Positions 37,416 through 51,494 of a stretch of DNA of 64,000 nt are shown piece after piece. Both the position numbers and the translations under genes were made by a program. The notes under the pieces are model-generated. The model ran no database searches, was not told the DNA's origin, and was given only the letters and a program-made list of their open reading frames with translations. Origin of the DNA: Flectonema sp. DT1601 (lineage: Eukaryota); the NCBI GenBank assembly GCA_964019425.1, contig OZ025786.1, positions 1,488,001 through 1,552,000 of the forward strand, in the 5' to 3' direction. Position 1 is the first letter of the stretch; every line of letters begins with the position of its first letter.

Positions 37416-40166
37416 TATTTTATTTGGTTCTGGAGTATGTAGCATGTGGCTTTCCCTCCCCCTGAACAAGCAGATTCGAAAAGCGATTTCTGGATAAGCA
37501 AACCAACGTTATTAATAGGGTTACGTTTGTAAGATTATTAGTATTTCTTAATAAATTTTTCTTTTTTTTTTTCCTGTTTAACCACGTTTTTTTTGTCAAA
37601 AATAGTTTTCAAGTTGGGTTTGGGAGAAATTGAGGCTTAAAACATTTTGAGTTTTCGTTTGGTTCAACGTGATGCATCTCTTTTGTAGTTCCGTAATCTC
37701 CTTTTTAGGGGGTAAATGGTCTGTGCCATATTCCATTTTTATGGGGGCATTCGATACACGTGATTGTTTCATTGAAAAAGTTTTTTTTTTAAATGAGCCT
37801 TTAATACCTACGCGCCCTATCTCCTTCAATTGATGAACCATATTTTTTTTTTTTTTTTGCTTTCAACCTGTTAGTCTAGGTGGTGAGAGTTTATCCTTGT
37901 AGGCGAAGGTATTAAAAAACATAATGACGCTGCGGGTTTACCCAAACTCGCTGCTACCAGTGCCGAACTTCTGCTAACACTGTTTTAGTGTTTAGCCATT
38001 TTTTTTTTTTTTTTTTTTGGTTGCTTAATAATTACATAAACTAACGTCCTCAGAAATAAAGTATTTGTTAAACCATCCCTGTTGGATATAAAATGGTTTT
38101 CGCAAGTGTATATTGCCTTTTTTTGTTTTTGTTTTTGTGTCAGTTTTTCTCTTCCCTAGATCTTGAGAGGAATTTTTTTTTTTTCTCTTTTTTTCTTCTC
38201 TCCCTTTTTTGTTTATTGCTTATTCTGTTATGTTTTTTTTTGTGAAGGAAAAAAAATTCTGATTCTTCTTCTTGACTGAAGGGTAAGTCTTGTGGCTCTC
38301 CGACATAAATGGGTGAATTGATTTTTTTCCTCGTATCCTGATCTTCTTGTTTGTTGTATCTGCTGCTATTTCTAGCTCGTGGTAGTCTCACGAGGTTAGT
38401 CTCATGAGGGGTCTCACGGTTGAGATGCCGCATGACTATATCCTTTAAGCTTCTTTTCTCACTTTGATACATGTTTCGTTTGATTCTGCCTTCTCGTTTT
38501 GCATGTTGCATGAGGGGCTTTAAAAAAAAAAAAAAAAAAAAAAAAGAAAAAAACCAAGCTGTCAGAAAGCAAATCGAAAGAAAAAAAAAAAAAGGGAACA
38601 GGAGTAATTTGATCGAAACTACTAAATTGGTTTTATTTATTGTCATCCTACTGTTTTTCTATCGTCCAATCTTTGCTTGCCTGAAACTACATATTCTATT
38701 ACCCTTTGATGTTAGGAAACTGCAGAAATGAATACTTTTCTTTTATTGATCTCTACTTTTCTTATTCTCACTTTTCTGTTCTAAAATTAATGATACTAAC
38801 TAAACAATCTCGTTGGGTTCAGTTGTGATAAAATTCACAATTACAAACGTAAGACTCCCCCCTTAGCACATTTTTTAGCTGTTCCTTATCTCAGCATTAG
38901 AAAAATATTTCCGTAAAGCTGAGCATAAGGGTAACAAAGGTATAGCTAATTGATATCAGAAGAGAGTTTTTGATAAATGTGGATAACCATATGCTGATGG
39001 GTAGGTTTGATCTTTCAAAACTTAATTCGCTCACTTTAAGGATGCTCCGAATTGACTTCCTCTACGGTGCTATCAGTGAGATTTAGTCTTTTTCGTTTTA
39101 AAATTACACGTGTGACTTTATTATACGAACGTTTTCAGAGTCTCCCAAGCGACTATCTAAATTCGTTTTTAATACACCCTGATTAATCTAGACAAGAAAG
39201 GGACCGATCATTCTAAATCTCGTAATGTACTTGAGGGATCTTGGGCGTCTGCATGATTCCCTCGACAATGCCTTTGTTAAATGTTTAACCGTTCATTCCA
39301 CTGTTTCTGTCATGGATTCATAGTGCAAAGAAGAAGTCAGATCAGTGACTTCTTGTGGGATTTTGGAGTTGCAAAGTATTTTAATTATTTCATAAAAGAT
39401 AATATCTTCCACAGAACCCCGAATCGATTCTGGCTGTTTATTCAAAGCGTTGATTGTTGACGCTCTTCGTGTGTTCTAAGTGTTTTTTTTTTTTTTTTTT
39501 TTTTTGCCTAAAGTTCAATCATTTTGTTTCTTCTTGACAAAAAAAATATTTTGTATGGAGTTGGCGGTTTCGGAAACTTTTGTGTTCGGATTAGGGGTTT
39601 TCTCAAAAAAAAAAAAAAAAAAAAAGACTGTGATACGATTTATCACTAACTAGTACAGTCTAAAATAAAATACTTTGCTTCATAGATTTGGTGGGGAGAT
39701 TATTGCTTGCTTCCCTGATTCATGTGATGAAAATACAATAGAGGAGATGGGGAATGATTATTTTGCTGTTATGTACCATTCTTAGTAGTAGTAGAAAAGA
39801 GTCTTTTGTTGTCTTTTATTAGGTTTAATGCTGTTTTTTTTTTTTTTTTTTTTTTTCCCCCGAGCTGCGTGTTTTTTTAAGTGTGTTTTCTTACACATTT
39901 TATTTTTAACACTCAGCCTTCTCGGGGGGAAAAAATTTTTTTTTTTAAGAAAAAAAAAAAAAAAAAAAAAATTAAATCTCTCTTTTTTTTTAATTATTTT
40001 CTTAAAATAAAGATCTCATAAACGTCATACAAGCTTACAAAGCACCCAAACAGTCATTTTGATTGTAACATTGTATTAAGAAACAAAGGCTAAAAAAACA
40101 AAATCTACTTTTAGTATTCAGTTAGTAGATAATCTTCTTTTACTCTCTTCAGAACCACAGTGTAGT

Positions 40167-43100
40167 ATGGCGGCAAAGCCGAGAAGACCGAAGAATGAAT
40201 CTGGCCCTGCGGCTAGTGGAGCCTACTCGACGCAAGCTGGTGATGCCTTTGCAGCATTTACAAGTTTTGGTATGGCTGGAGGTGATTCAACAATGGGTAC
40301 TGAATTACATTCTGATTTCGAACAAGTCTTCAGAAGATTTAATAAAAAAGATGCCGTCACTAAACTAAACGCTTGTAATGAATTACAAACACTGATAACT
40401 GAAAGGAGTGAAGACGAGATCATATTAGCTATACCCCGAATTACCGAAATGGTTAGAAGGCGACACTACAGCAAAGACAAATACCTCAGAAGAGGTGTTA
40501 TTGGGTGCATTGACTTACTCTTTAAAAAGGGAATTAACGTCAAAAAGAAGTGCATTCCGCACCTTAAAAACTTAATGCCCCCATGGCTGTGTCTGTGCTA
40601 TGACTGTGAACATGAAGTGAGTAGGGCTGCTATTGTGTCTCGTGATACGCACTTCAATACGGCTGATAGACTAGCCCAGGCATTCACTATCTGTGGTGAT
40701 ACATTAATATCAGGTCTTACTACATTAATTGATATTTCACATTCTGAGCTAAAGGACGAGGAATCAATCAGACAACAAGAAGCCTGTGACGTCGCAGAAA
40801 ACTTACACTCCTCAGCACTGATCGCATGCAGTTATTTAGTATGTATTCATTCCTTTATCTGTTTTTTTTTTTTTTTTTTTTTTTTTTTTGTGCATCGATG
40901 AAGTCGGAGAAGAAAACAATTCAAATTAAGAGCTGTTTTATTTATTATGGTCAAATGTTTTCTATTTTCCCTGTGCGCCAGTAATGCTGTCTGTGATCAA
41001 CAAACTGTCATTACGAGGAGAGATTTTGCCCTACAGCAGGATGTCCTGAGGACATCCATCGTCATCGCCCACAATAACGAAATCCTTTGCTCCTTTGACA
41101 TCCTAACCTCTTTCCGATCACTACTAGTGTCGTGCGTTGGTCGAACCCTGGTCCTGCGAATAGTGTTATGCTTTGTTGTTCTAGGCGTCGTCTGCTGAAA
41201 TGTGAGTTTTTATTGCATCCTTAATATGATTCCTAGCTGATCACTATTAAGGTTAATTCGTGTGACTGTTCTAAAATCTCGTCGGAGTCAACCCGTTTGT
41301 TTCATTAGTAATCTTAGTATCATCATTTACAGGAGTTATTCTGTAAAAGAAAAAAAAATATTTATTAATAAAAACAGCTCGAATTCTCTGCATCTCACTC
41401 CAAGTTGGCTGACGTTGTTGTTCCCAGTTTGGTATGTTATCTCACAGCAATGACAGCAAGTTTTAAAAAAAAAAAAAAAAAAAGTAGGAGAGAAGGACAT
41501 TAATTAAAATAATCAACAGGCTCACAGTCTCTTAACAGAAGGAAGACTTTGGAAATCAGGTGAAAGCAAGCTTGTCAGAGAACGTTCTGCGACATACAAT
41601 TTGGTTTGTGTTTTTTTTCTTCTAAATTAATACATATTGGGGTATCACATAGTAGACAAAAAGAAAATTGGGTTCCTCGAACGGTTTCTCTTTTTCGTGA
41701 TTACTTTTTTTATTTACATGTTGTTCAAATCCTGCTAGACGGAATTTTCCAACAGTAATGAAAAAAAAAGGGGCTAGGACAAGATATGCGCCTGACGTGG
41801 GTGGAGTAGAGTCTTGTTTTATTTGGAGAGCAACGTTTTCGGACTACCCGCAGAACACCCGTCGGGAGGTAACTTGTACTCGGCTAACAATTTTAAAGAC
41901 TACCAGTTTTCTCAGATAGAATTCCAGCAGACAAAGAAAAGTAAAAGAACCGTACTAACATGTGGTTTCTTCCCGGCAAAAAAAAAAAAAAAAAAAAAAA
42001 CAGATCGTCAGTTACCTACAGAAATATCCAACGGAGTTAGAAGTTAGTGACCATCAGTTAACTATCTTTATGCAAAATGTATTTTCTGAGAAATCAACAG
42101 ATGTCCACCGAGACATGTGGCCAGCTGTTCTTCTTTGGGTAAAGCAATTCCCACATGGTATAAAAAGTATTAAAAATTTACACGTGACCTTCCTTCAAAA
42201 ATTATTCTCATTTTTGAGAAAGGGATCGGGCATTGCAGCCTCGTCGATAACTTATCAATCAGTTTATCCGCTATTAGCTTTAATGGGGTATGTTTTATTA
42301 TTCTTTTTTCGTTTTCTATGTTATTATGTGATGCAATAAAAAAAAAAAAAAAATATCAGCGCTGAAACACTCCGCGCTGGCGATGAGGGAGTATACTACG
42401 AAGTGATGTCAGAACTTTTAATTTCCTTGTGGAATGCTGTGAAAGGAAATACATTTCCGATCGATGAGTTCAGCAATTTAGTTCAATGCTGGGTGGAGTC
42501 ATTTTCTTTTGCGTTAAATAACACTACGAGCAGTGATACTGCTAAGCAATTGGTGAGCATTCATCTCAAGCACATGATCAACGAATCGATCTTTGGAGGT
42601 GTTAGAACAGATAAAAACATTATTGATTTGGTTGCTAAGGCTCTCGTGACTTCATTAAACCACAGCAACGCTGCTGCTGCTGAGGTTGTTTCCATTATGA
42701 CGGATGTGGTAGGGAACATTGAGAGCAATTCCTTAGAACAATCTCCTGTAGCACATAAGAAAACTAAGTCAAAGTTATATGAACGAGGTGCGGATGACTG
42801 GACCCCAACAGAACACGGAGTTCTTCGAAGGTTATCATTCTTGTTGTCTTCGTTTAAAGAAAAACGCAACAGCATTTCAAACGAATCGTGCACAGAAATA
42901 ACCGTCTTAGTCGCGACGGTACTTCTAACGAGAGTTTCAAAGTCTGGAAACATCACATCTCAGGTACAAACAAACCTTCTGTCTTGTTGGGAACACTGTC
43001 TTTGGGACCTTGTGAAACCTCTTTTATCACAAGGATACAGCAGCATCCTGAGTAAGCAATTATTGTTATCTGTGACAGGGAAACCGACTGAATCAATATC

Positions 43101-46100
43101 GTTGGAGTCTCTCGTCCTTCTTTGCAACGTTCATTGGGACTTTGATCCTGAAAGTTTAAGTGAATTCTTATCCGTCGAGGAAGTCTCTAAAGCAGTCAAC
43201 GCAACGATTGTTATGAACAACATCACAGCAGGAAGTAGTATTCCAAATGAGATTGCTTCGTTTTCATTAAAAGTTGTTGAGAAGTTGTTATCCAATCCGA
43301 CTACTGACAATGCCACAGCTGTTCTATCCTGTTGTGCTAGACTCCAGGATGATGACATTTCAAAGATAATGGACTTCTGTTTAGACAGAGAGCCATCCGA
43401 CATAGATGTAGTTGTGTTAACAACATTACTACAAGTTTCTGTTGATAAAAGTGAAGTGTCTGGAACTGGTGCGAAGTACGATTCTGATTTACTGCTAAAG
43501 ACTATTCGATCAGTAACTGCAATCAGGAATAAATATTCATCTGACAGAGAAGTGATCTCAAAATTCTTCAGCAACTGGTCAAAGTTAGCAACAACACAAC
43601 CAAACACATCAGAATTGATATCAACTGCAACATCACTTGGAGAGCAAGCAATTCGTGATTGTGTTCCAGTTCGTATTGTGTCTTCACTGTTCACTATGAA
43701 ATGTATAGACACAACACTATCTGAAACCTTACTTGTTGAGATTTGGAAATCAGTCGTCAGTAGCGGTATCACAGCAACTGACAACAAGTCAGCAGATATC
43801 AAATTCTACTCTAACTGTTCAACATCATATCAAACATGGTCTAATGCTTTAGAAGTGTTTGTAACCTTACTGAGAGATGACAGAGTACCATTTTCCGTTG
43901 AATTACTAAAATCATGTTTCAGATCAATCACTGTTGATGTCGTTAATGGAAGTGAGTCTCATGTAAGAAGTAGCAGACGTGGATTAAAATGCATCTTAAA
44001 ACATTGTTCTGATGTTGACTTCGTAGAATCCCTTCCAACTGATGTTCTGCTTACTTCTGTGAGTGCCATTCCTGATTGGGATAGTGATATGTTATCGTTA
44101 GAAGAAGTTATTGATGTTCAATTAGTTCGCACGGTGTTAGTTTGTTCTCTTACTGCTCAAAAGATGTTCGTGAAAACATCATTGCAGTCCGGTAATAATA
44201 ATGTTCTATTATTGATATTGGAAACCATCAAGCAATCGGTTAACCTTTTAGAAAAGTGTGATCTCACAGAATTCTGTCCTGTTATCGTAGAGCATGCTGT
44301 AGCGATTGCTGAAAAGGATGAGATTGGAGAAGACATACCTGATGATGAAATCCTTTCAGCAGTACTATTACTTCAATGGGTTGCCAATCACAGTACTGAT
44401 ACTACGTCTATTAACGATGCAATGCCTGGACTTGCTGCTGCTGCTTCTGAAAAACTTCAGGATGAGGCACCAACTAATCCAAAATCACTTCAACACAAAT
44501 TAGAACTCGCTACCTGTCTTGTAATCGATTCCAATAATAACATTGAGACGTTGAATGAAATTGCTTCACACGTCGCTTCAATTGTTCAAACATACGTTCC
44601 AAAATATGATTTCTCATGGGTCTCAAGCAGCTCTGACAAAAACATCACAATACCAACGAGTGCGGGTCTACGTCGATCACTTCCTGGAATAAAGCAACTC
44701 ATAACCAATATAGAGATTTCTGTCGGATCAAGAGCAATGCTACTCGCGTTTACAACGGAAGTGTTAATAAACAGTCTGATGGAAGTCCGTAGTCATGTTG
44801 ACGATTCGGTGTTGGTGTTGTCAGATTTTGTTTGTGGGCTTTCAAGTAGCGTATTGACAATGCTTAATCCAGGATGGAGTGACGTGTTGTATGAAATGTA
44901 CAGTTCTCTGGATACAAAAAATACGGAACAGAAAGAATTAGTAGAGTCTGATTTTGATGTTCATATTAACAATTTCTTTGAACAGCATCGGCTATCAAGA
45001 AAACACATCTTGTTGTCAGTTACTTCAAGATTAGCTGTTTTTACTGAATCGAATTTCGGTATGACCACTGAAGGTGAAGAACGCGCAATGCTACCTGAAT
45101 TCTTAAATAGTTTAGTACAAAAAGCGAGTCAATTAGGACAGCAACTCCTCCCAGATCCTGGTCGTGAAAGCCATCAAAACTACAAGTCTCTCTCCAAAGC
45201 AAGAGATCAATTCCTTCGTCCAGAAACTCTGCAAAACCTTCACGAATACCTCATTTCATGGCATCTAATTTTAAAAATATTAGACAGAGCAATGGAAGAA
45301 GACTTTTCATCTACCAGAATAAGTTTAATCGCAACAATCAAAGAAACAGAAGGAATGCTACAGAGATTAATGGGAGTTCTCGGAGGATTACTATTATCAC
45401 CGAGAGAAGAGGTGATCTCCTTGACGTCAAAACGTGAGATAATCCAATACGAAGACTATCGTGAAATTGATATAAGAGAAGCTCTAGTTTCAATTCCAAT
45501 GGGATTCTGTGGTGATCGATACAGTGATTGGATAATATATTTATCTGTTTTTGATTGTCAGGCTGCGGCAGGACTCGGATCTATAGCAGTGTTAAGATTG
45601 CTATTATCATGTCTCCCATCAGCCCCAAGACGTTGGGTTACTGTATGTGATCCAACCCTGAAAGCTGCTGTTAACAATTTCGTTCAGGGACACCTCAGCC
45701 CAGAATTAATCAAACGTGAATTCGATTTCGTAATTGAAAAAGGTGGAGGAAAACTATCTTTTGAAAGATGTGATGAATTGACGGTCAAGGTCCAACCAGG
45801 AGCGAGTTCTGTAGTATTAAATTATGACTACCAGGATACAATTGTTGTTATAAAGGTGGTGGTACCTCCGTCATTTCCACTGTCATGTATCCATCATCCT
45901 CCTGTTGAAGCGCAAGTAGCACGTCAAAAGGCAGGTCTTCGTGAAGATGTCTGGCGTAGGTGGCTTCTACAAATGACCGTGAAACTTAACTCTTCAGCTC
46001 GTCTCTGGGATTGTGTTATCTTATGGCAGCAGAATCTAAGCAGGCATTTTGATGGCCAAGAACCGTGTCCGATCTGCTACACGGTTGTCAACGCTGGAAC

Positions 46101-46248
46101 TCAACAACTTCCTTCTATGGAATGTACCTGTTGCCATGGTAAATACCATAAACTGTGTTTGTATAAGTGGTTTAAAAAATCAAACAACTCTACTTGTCCA
46201 TTGTGCAGAGCAGCTTGGTATAGCAACCCAGAATTTATGGGTCAATAA
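40167..46248 (+). CDS. LTN1: E3 ubiquitin ligase listerin; exons 40167-40838, 41378-41431, 41520-41603, 42004-42287, 42360-46248
   Basis: N-terminal KKDAVTKLNA motif; C-terminal RWD-like region and RING CPICY..CTCCHGKYHKLCLYKWF..CPLCR; four GT-AG introns join the ORFs in frame. Confidence 0.9.
40904..40993 (+). repeat. Dispersed repeat E, intronic copy
   Basis: TCGGAGAAGAAA..ATTCA.ATTAAGAGC.GTTTTTATT..TTTTCCCTGTGCGCCAGTA..CTGTCTG is shared with 62357-62443. Confidence 0.85.
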
Positions 46249-46534
46249 AAAAAAAAAAAAAAAAAAAAATTCTTTCTTCCCCGACTGCAAAACTCCACAT
46301 TATCTATCCCTTTTTTGTGGACCAGCAGTGGTGCCAAGGGTTGCTCTTTTTTTTTTTAAAAATCAATTGCGTAATTGTCTACATTGGTGTGCTTCCCCTA
46401 GTGTGGTAGTTCTTCTTTCTTGACAGCCGTTACAAAACTATTGATAAGAGTAAGTATCTTTCATCATAAACTACTGTAGGGTTTCGTTGTTGTTATTCTA
46501 TTGTACATATCCTCCCTCAGGTGCTATCATTAAA

Positions 46535-48250
46535 ATGGCGCAGTTTCCGATAATGCCGGTGTTTGACGGCGATAAGGCTTGGGGTCCACCAAGAAACGAT
46601 GACAGTCTTGGGTTCGATATCCCTTACCAAAGCTTCGTAAAGGGTGACAAGTTAGCAAGAATCGCTGAATGGATTCCTGACCCATCAAAGAGAGGTAGAG
46701 GAAGAGGTGGAAGATACGGTGCTGCATGGGAGTACATGGATGAGGATGAGAAGAACTGGACAACCGCTGACTACACGAAATCCGCTCCAAAACGTGGATT
46801 CCGCCCTCGTAACAGAGTTATGGGACGTGGACAGGCAGGACGTGGTGGACTTCACGCCAGAAGAGGTGGACGTGGAGGTGTTGGTGGTCTCAAACCAAAG
46901 AAGAAGGCCGACCACAGAGACCCTGGATTCCGTCGTAAGGACATTCACCGTTCAGCTTCTACTGAAGTTAAGCAATCTTGGAACCTTTTGTCTTCAATTA
47001 ATATTCCTGACCTGACAAAGGTTTCAGCTGAACGTCCTCATCCAATCCCAAAGACTGAAACACTCGCTACCAACGGTGCTCTGTTCGCTTACAATGAAAC
47101 CTTTGATGGAGCGACTCCAAAGACACCTTATGATATCTGTCAGATGGGGTCATGTGTTGATAATTCAGCTTTAACTGACTCAGAAGACATTCGTAAGATT
47201 GCTATGCAACAGGCAGCTAATGCTGATGACAATGGTATTAAGATGTACGCAACTGATATGGTGTTGGCTACCCTGATGTCTTCAACAAAGAGTGTAAACT
47301 CATGGGATGTAATCGTCGAGAGAACAGCAAACACATACTTCTTAAGCAATCGTAGTGAAGGAAGTGTTGGAAAGTGGACTGTCGATGAATCCGCACACGA
47401 ACCACCTCCAATTGAGGAACCACAAAATGCTACACTTGAACAGCAGTGCAACACTATGGGTAAGTTGATGAACGAGCTCACTCTTTTGAACCTGAACTTC
47501 TCTCAACAGGTCCTCAACAAAAGACTTCCAGTGAAGAAGGGTAAGTTCGCCCCAGAAAGAATTGCTCCAAAACCAGAAAACCAACCAGAAGGAAAGGCAC
47601 AGGCTAATGTTGTATACAGATACAACCAGTGGGTCCTTCCGGGTGATATTACTTTGGTTGCAAGAACTCACTTTGATGGTGTTTGTGGTAAGAAACAAAG
47701 ACCATTCAGAGGATTTGCTCTGTTGGACCACTCTGGAGCTGCCTGGAAACAAAAACTTCCAGACTCACAGGGAGCTGTATTGGGATCAGAGGTTCAGAGC
47801 AACTGTTGCCGTATTCTTAAGCAGATTGCTTGCTGTCTTCTTTCAGGAAGTGAGGTTATGAAGTTGGGTTTCATCTCAAGAAAGAAGTCCACATCCACAA
47901 ACAGCCATTCCCTCGTCCACATGAAGGCTGAGGACCCAAAGAAGTTTTTGACTTCATTTAACAACATCAACGTCACCAGTTTGTGGAACGTTCTGATTAA
48001 GATTTTAGACGAGGTTGTAAAGACTAAGTCTGCGGAAAAGACTCAGTCATACGTTCTTATGAAGGACCCAAACAAGAACATCCTTAAGGTATGAAATTAT
48101 ATTATTTTTTCTAACGAAGTTATTCAAACGATAATCAAACAAAACCCACAACAGTTATACGATACTACCCACGACATCTCATCTGATGAGGATGAAAGTG
48201 ATGACGACAGTGAAGAGGATGAGGAGACCGAGAGCTCTGATGACGAATAG
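46535..48250 (+). CDS. EIF3D: Translation initiation factor 3 subunit D; exons 46535-48088, 48155-48250
   Basis: WGPP, PYQSFVKGDKL, ATDMVLATLM..SWDVIV, TVDESA and YVLMKDPNK motifs; acidic tail in exon 2. Confidence 0.92.
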
Positions 48251-48739
48251 ACGTCGTTCTGGACATAACCCCTTCCCTCTTATCCCTTATCAGTTACCCG
48301 TTTCTTCACTCATTTGGAGTGTTCTGTACTTAGTATGTGTTACCACATGAAACTTTCATCACGATTTTTCAGTATCGCTGCGCGTGGATAATTCTTGAAA
48401 AGAACCATGCTGCCGGGCGAAGGCTGTCTGCGTGATGTGATTGTGTGAGAACACCTGAAGGGGGAAAAAAAAAAAAAAAAAAGAAAAAGAAAAAGAAATT
48501 TTTGGGATCTTTTGCAAGTACTAAATCAGCGTTGTGAACTTTGGTGAAAGAAAAAGTGTTGTCAACCAATTTAGGTTGGCCGATTATGTTGTTCTCTTTC
48601 GGCTTTTCTCCCCTTCTTCTTTTTTTTTTTTTTACATTGTTTTTTCCTAGCCAAAGAAAAAAAGTAAACTTAAATACTTCAGGAATAGAAAAAAAAGGGA
48701 GGGGTAGAATTTTATAGTTGTGGGAGAAAACGACAGTGG

Positions 48740-48775
<36 letters not shown>

Positions 48776-49401
48776 CGCGGGTTGCTACAATGGTATCATA
48801 TTTGTCTTTTTATTATTTCGGCCAAGAAAGTTCTCTTTTTTATTTATTTTTTTTTTGCTTCCTATCATCAGGGAATCAAGGAAACGAGAGATAGAAAAAA
48901 GAAAAATTTCCCCCTTTCCTGCAATTTTATTTCACTGCTCCACACACCCCCCCCCCTTTCCCTGGTTTTGTTTTTCTTTTTATAATTCTCTTCTCAACTA
49001 AATACGAGAACAACTAATACCGATCAGCGACTGTATTGACCTACTCTCGATAAAAAGTGTACTTCAAAATCGGTAGGATGGTCAATCTTGTTTAATTTAC
49101 TAGTCGTAGCTTGAAGCTTATCACTGAAAAATTTCTTAAAGAAGAAAAAAAAAAAAAAAAAAAGAATAATGGGCGTAGCACAACCCGTGAGACAAGAGCA
49201 AATAATTATTTCTTTTTTTTTTTTTTTTTTTCCCGTTTTTTCTTTTTTTTTTAAAGTCATGTTTTATTTTCTTCTTCAGGTGTGCAGTAGCTCAAGACGT
49301 CGGACATGTATCTGAAATGCGTAAAATCATTCAACAGAATAAATTACTTTTTGTATAGTTCTCTCTACGTAATGAAATTACTTTATTATAACAGTTTTAC
49401 C

Positions 49402-50250
49402 ATGAGTATCGAAAAACGAAAACGAGATGATGTAGAAAAAGAAGACGCCGAAGACGACAAAAACTGGTCAGGAGCAAGAGAAGGTTACTATTTTGGAACA
49501 AATGAAAAAGGTGTTCTTGGATACCACTTGGATCCACTCCACGGAAACAAGACATCTGTTGGGCGAAGGGAAGACGTCAGTACAAAGGAATCTGGTAGCG
49601 TAACAACAGGCTATTTACGAGTCAAAGATTGCATATCTAAGAAAGATGAGGGGAAGAACGAACCAAAGAGACCAGAAATTAGTAGAAAAAAAATGAAAAA
49701 ACTATTAAAGATGACTCCCGATGAACGACTATTACTTGGATTCGGGTATCTTGACCAGAAAAAAGACGATTTAAAAATACATCGACACGAACCGTCGAAA
49801 GATGAAAAATATTCCGATTTAGCTCCGGAGGTTGTCGCTGTAATAAAGGCACAGCAAAGTATGTTTTTTTTTTTTTTTTTTTTCTTCTCTTCTTCTCATT
49901 CTTCTTCTTCGTTTAGTTAGTTTGTCTGTCCCCCTTCTGATGTTATACTAATTGTCTATAATAATATTTAAAAAAAAAACAGGAAATAAGATACCCGACA
50001 GATATTCTGATCAAAAACGAAAACCCGGATCGAACGAACAGAGGTATGATTTTCACACAAAAAAATCAACAAACGAACGAGACAAGTTTTCCTTATCAAT
50101 TCTCATTAGTAATATCAAAAAAAAAAAAAAAACAGACAAGCTATATACCTCCTTCAGAAAAGTGAAAGAGATTCTGAACGAAGTAAAAGCAGGCTTGAAG
50201 AGAAGAAGAAAAGCGCAACCGTCAGAGACAACAAGCCTTGTTGGTTGTAA
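49402..50250 (+). CDS. Hypothetical basic protein with a GAREGYYF..GVLGYHLD motif; exons 49402-49858, 49983-50043, 50136-50250
   Basis: Two GTATG..AAACAG introns give a continuous frame ending KPCWL*. Confidence 0.7.
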
Positions 50251-50489
50251 TCGTGTTACTGCTATCTATTCAATAGTTTACGGTCTGAGTTTTTGTTACG
50301 TTTTTTTATGCTGAAAAAATATTTTAATAACATACACAACACACATCACTAACCAGATCGTTTCAATGTCGTGTTTGCCATCAAAGACACTTATTATGTA
50401 ATTGTGTGAAATTCTTTTTTTTGTTTTGTTTTGTTTATTTACTTTGTTGATTTCAGATAATCAAAAAAAAACAAAAAAAAAACAACAAC

Positions 50490-50933
50490 ATGGGAGTAAT
50501 TGACTTCGTTTCTGGAACAGTCAACACTGTACTTAATGGTGTATGGTATGTTGTTATTCTGATTTCTTTTTTTGAATTGAATAAAGTTGTTAGCATTAAA
50601 TAAACAAAACAACAACAGGAGATTCAAAGCATGGGTTGAACCCCACCTCTGGGTTGTCGGGTCAACTGTCTTGGTTGTTTCTATCCCTCTGACCCTCGCT
50701 GGTGAAATTGATAAAAATAGACTCATGGCTCACAGTGGTCGTTTGAGAGACCGTCTTGTAAGTGAGAAGAAGGAAACCGCCTCTGCTGATCTTGAAGGAA
50801 AGTTGATCTCTCTTAATACGGGAAGCTCTGGAAAGGTATGTTTTATTATTGTGAAATTCACGAAGTCTTTAAAAACAACTCAAAAATTTAACAACAAAAA
50901 AAAAAAACAAAACAGGACGAAGAGGAATTCTAA
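50490..50933 (+). CDS. TOM22: Tom22/ATOM14-like mitochondrial import component; exons 50490-50545, 50619-50835, 50916-50933
   Basis: Spliced product MGVIDFVSGTVNTVLNGVWRFKAWVEPHLWVVGSTVLVVSIPLTLAGE...DEEEF has the W-x3-S/T-T...P-L..E transmembrane signature. Confidence 0.6.
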
Positions 50934-51494
50934 ATAAATTCTTTCTGTCGTAGTTAAATAGGTTGCGCGTTTTGAAAGAATCTTCGGAGAGCGAGAGATG
51001 GGTTTGATTTCTCCAGATTCAATTTCCAACAAGAAACAAAACACACCCGTCATATTCAACGTTGATTATTCTTATTGTCAATAACAGGGATTAAGGTGCT
51101 CATTGTGTTAGTTACAAAGGTTAGACCTGTAATCATATGATGTTTTTTTCTTCTTTCTTTTTTTCTGTTTAATGTACCGAGCAACCAAAAAAAGGGTTTG
51201 TACTAGGAGAATTGACTTTTTGGTTTAGTAAAAAAGTGTACTGCTCACACCATCGCCAATCAAAATTCCGTTGTATTGCCTCTTGTGCTGTGGTTGAGAA
51301 AACCATAAAGTATTGAAGTACTATTTTTTAGAGCACGTAAAAAAAAGGAAGGTTTTTTTAAAAGAAAGAAAAAAAATAAACCTTCAAAAGGCCGTTATCA
51401 GTTATCTTGCTGAAGATCATAGTGGAAAATGTGTTTTGTTGTTTACAATACGAGTGGAGGTGTGACTATTCATATATACTTATACAGGGCTACA

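Noticed and set aside
43131..43802. Minus-strand ORFs overlapping long genes
   Set aside because: Antisense shadows of + strand coding sequence.
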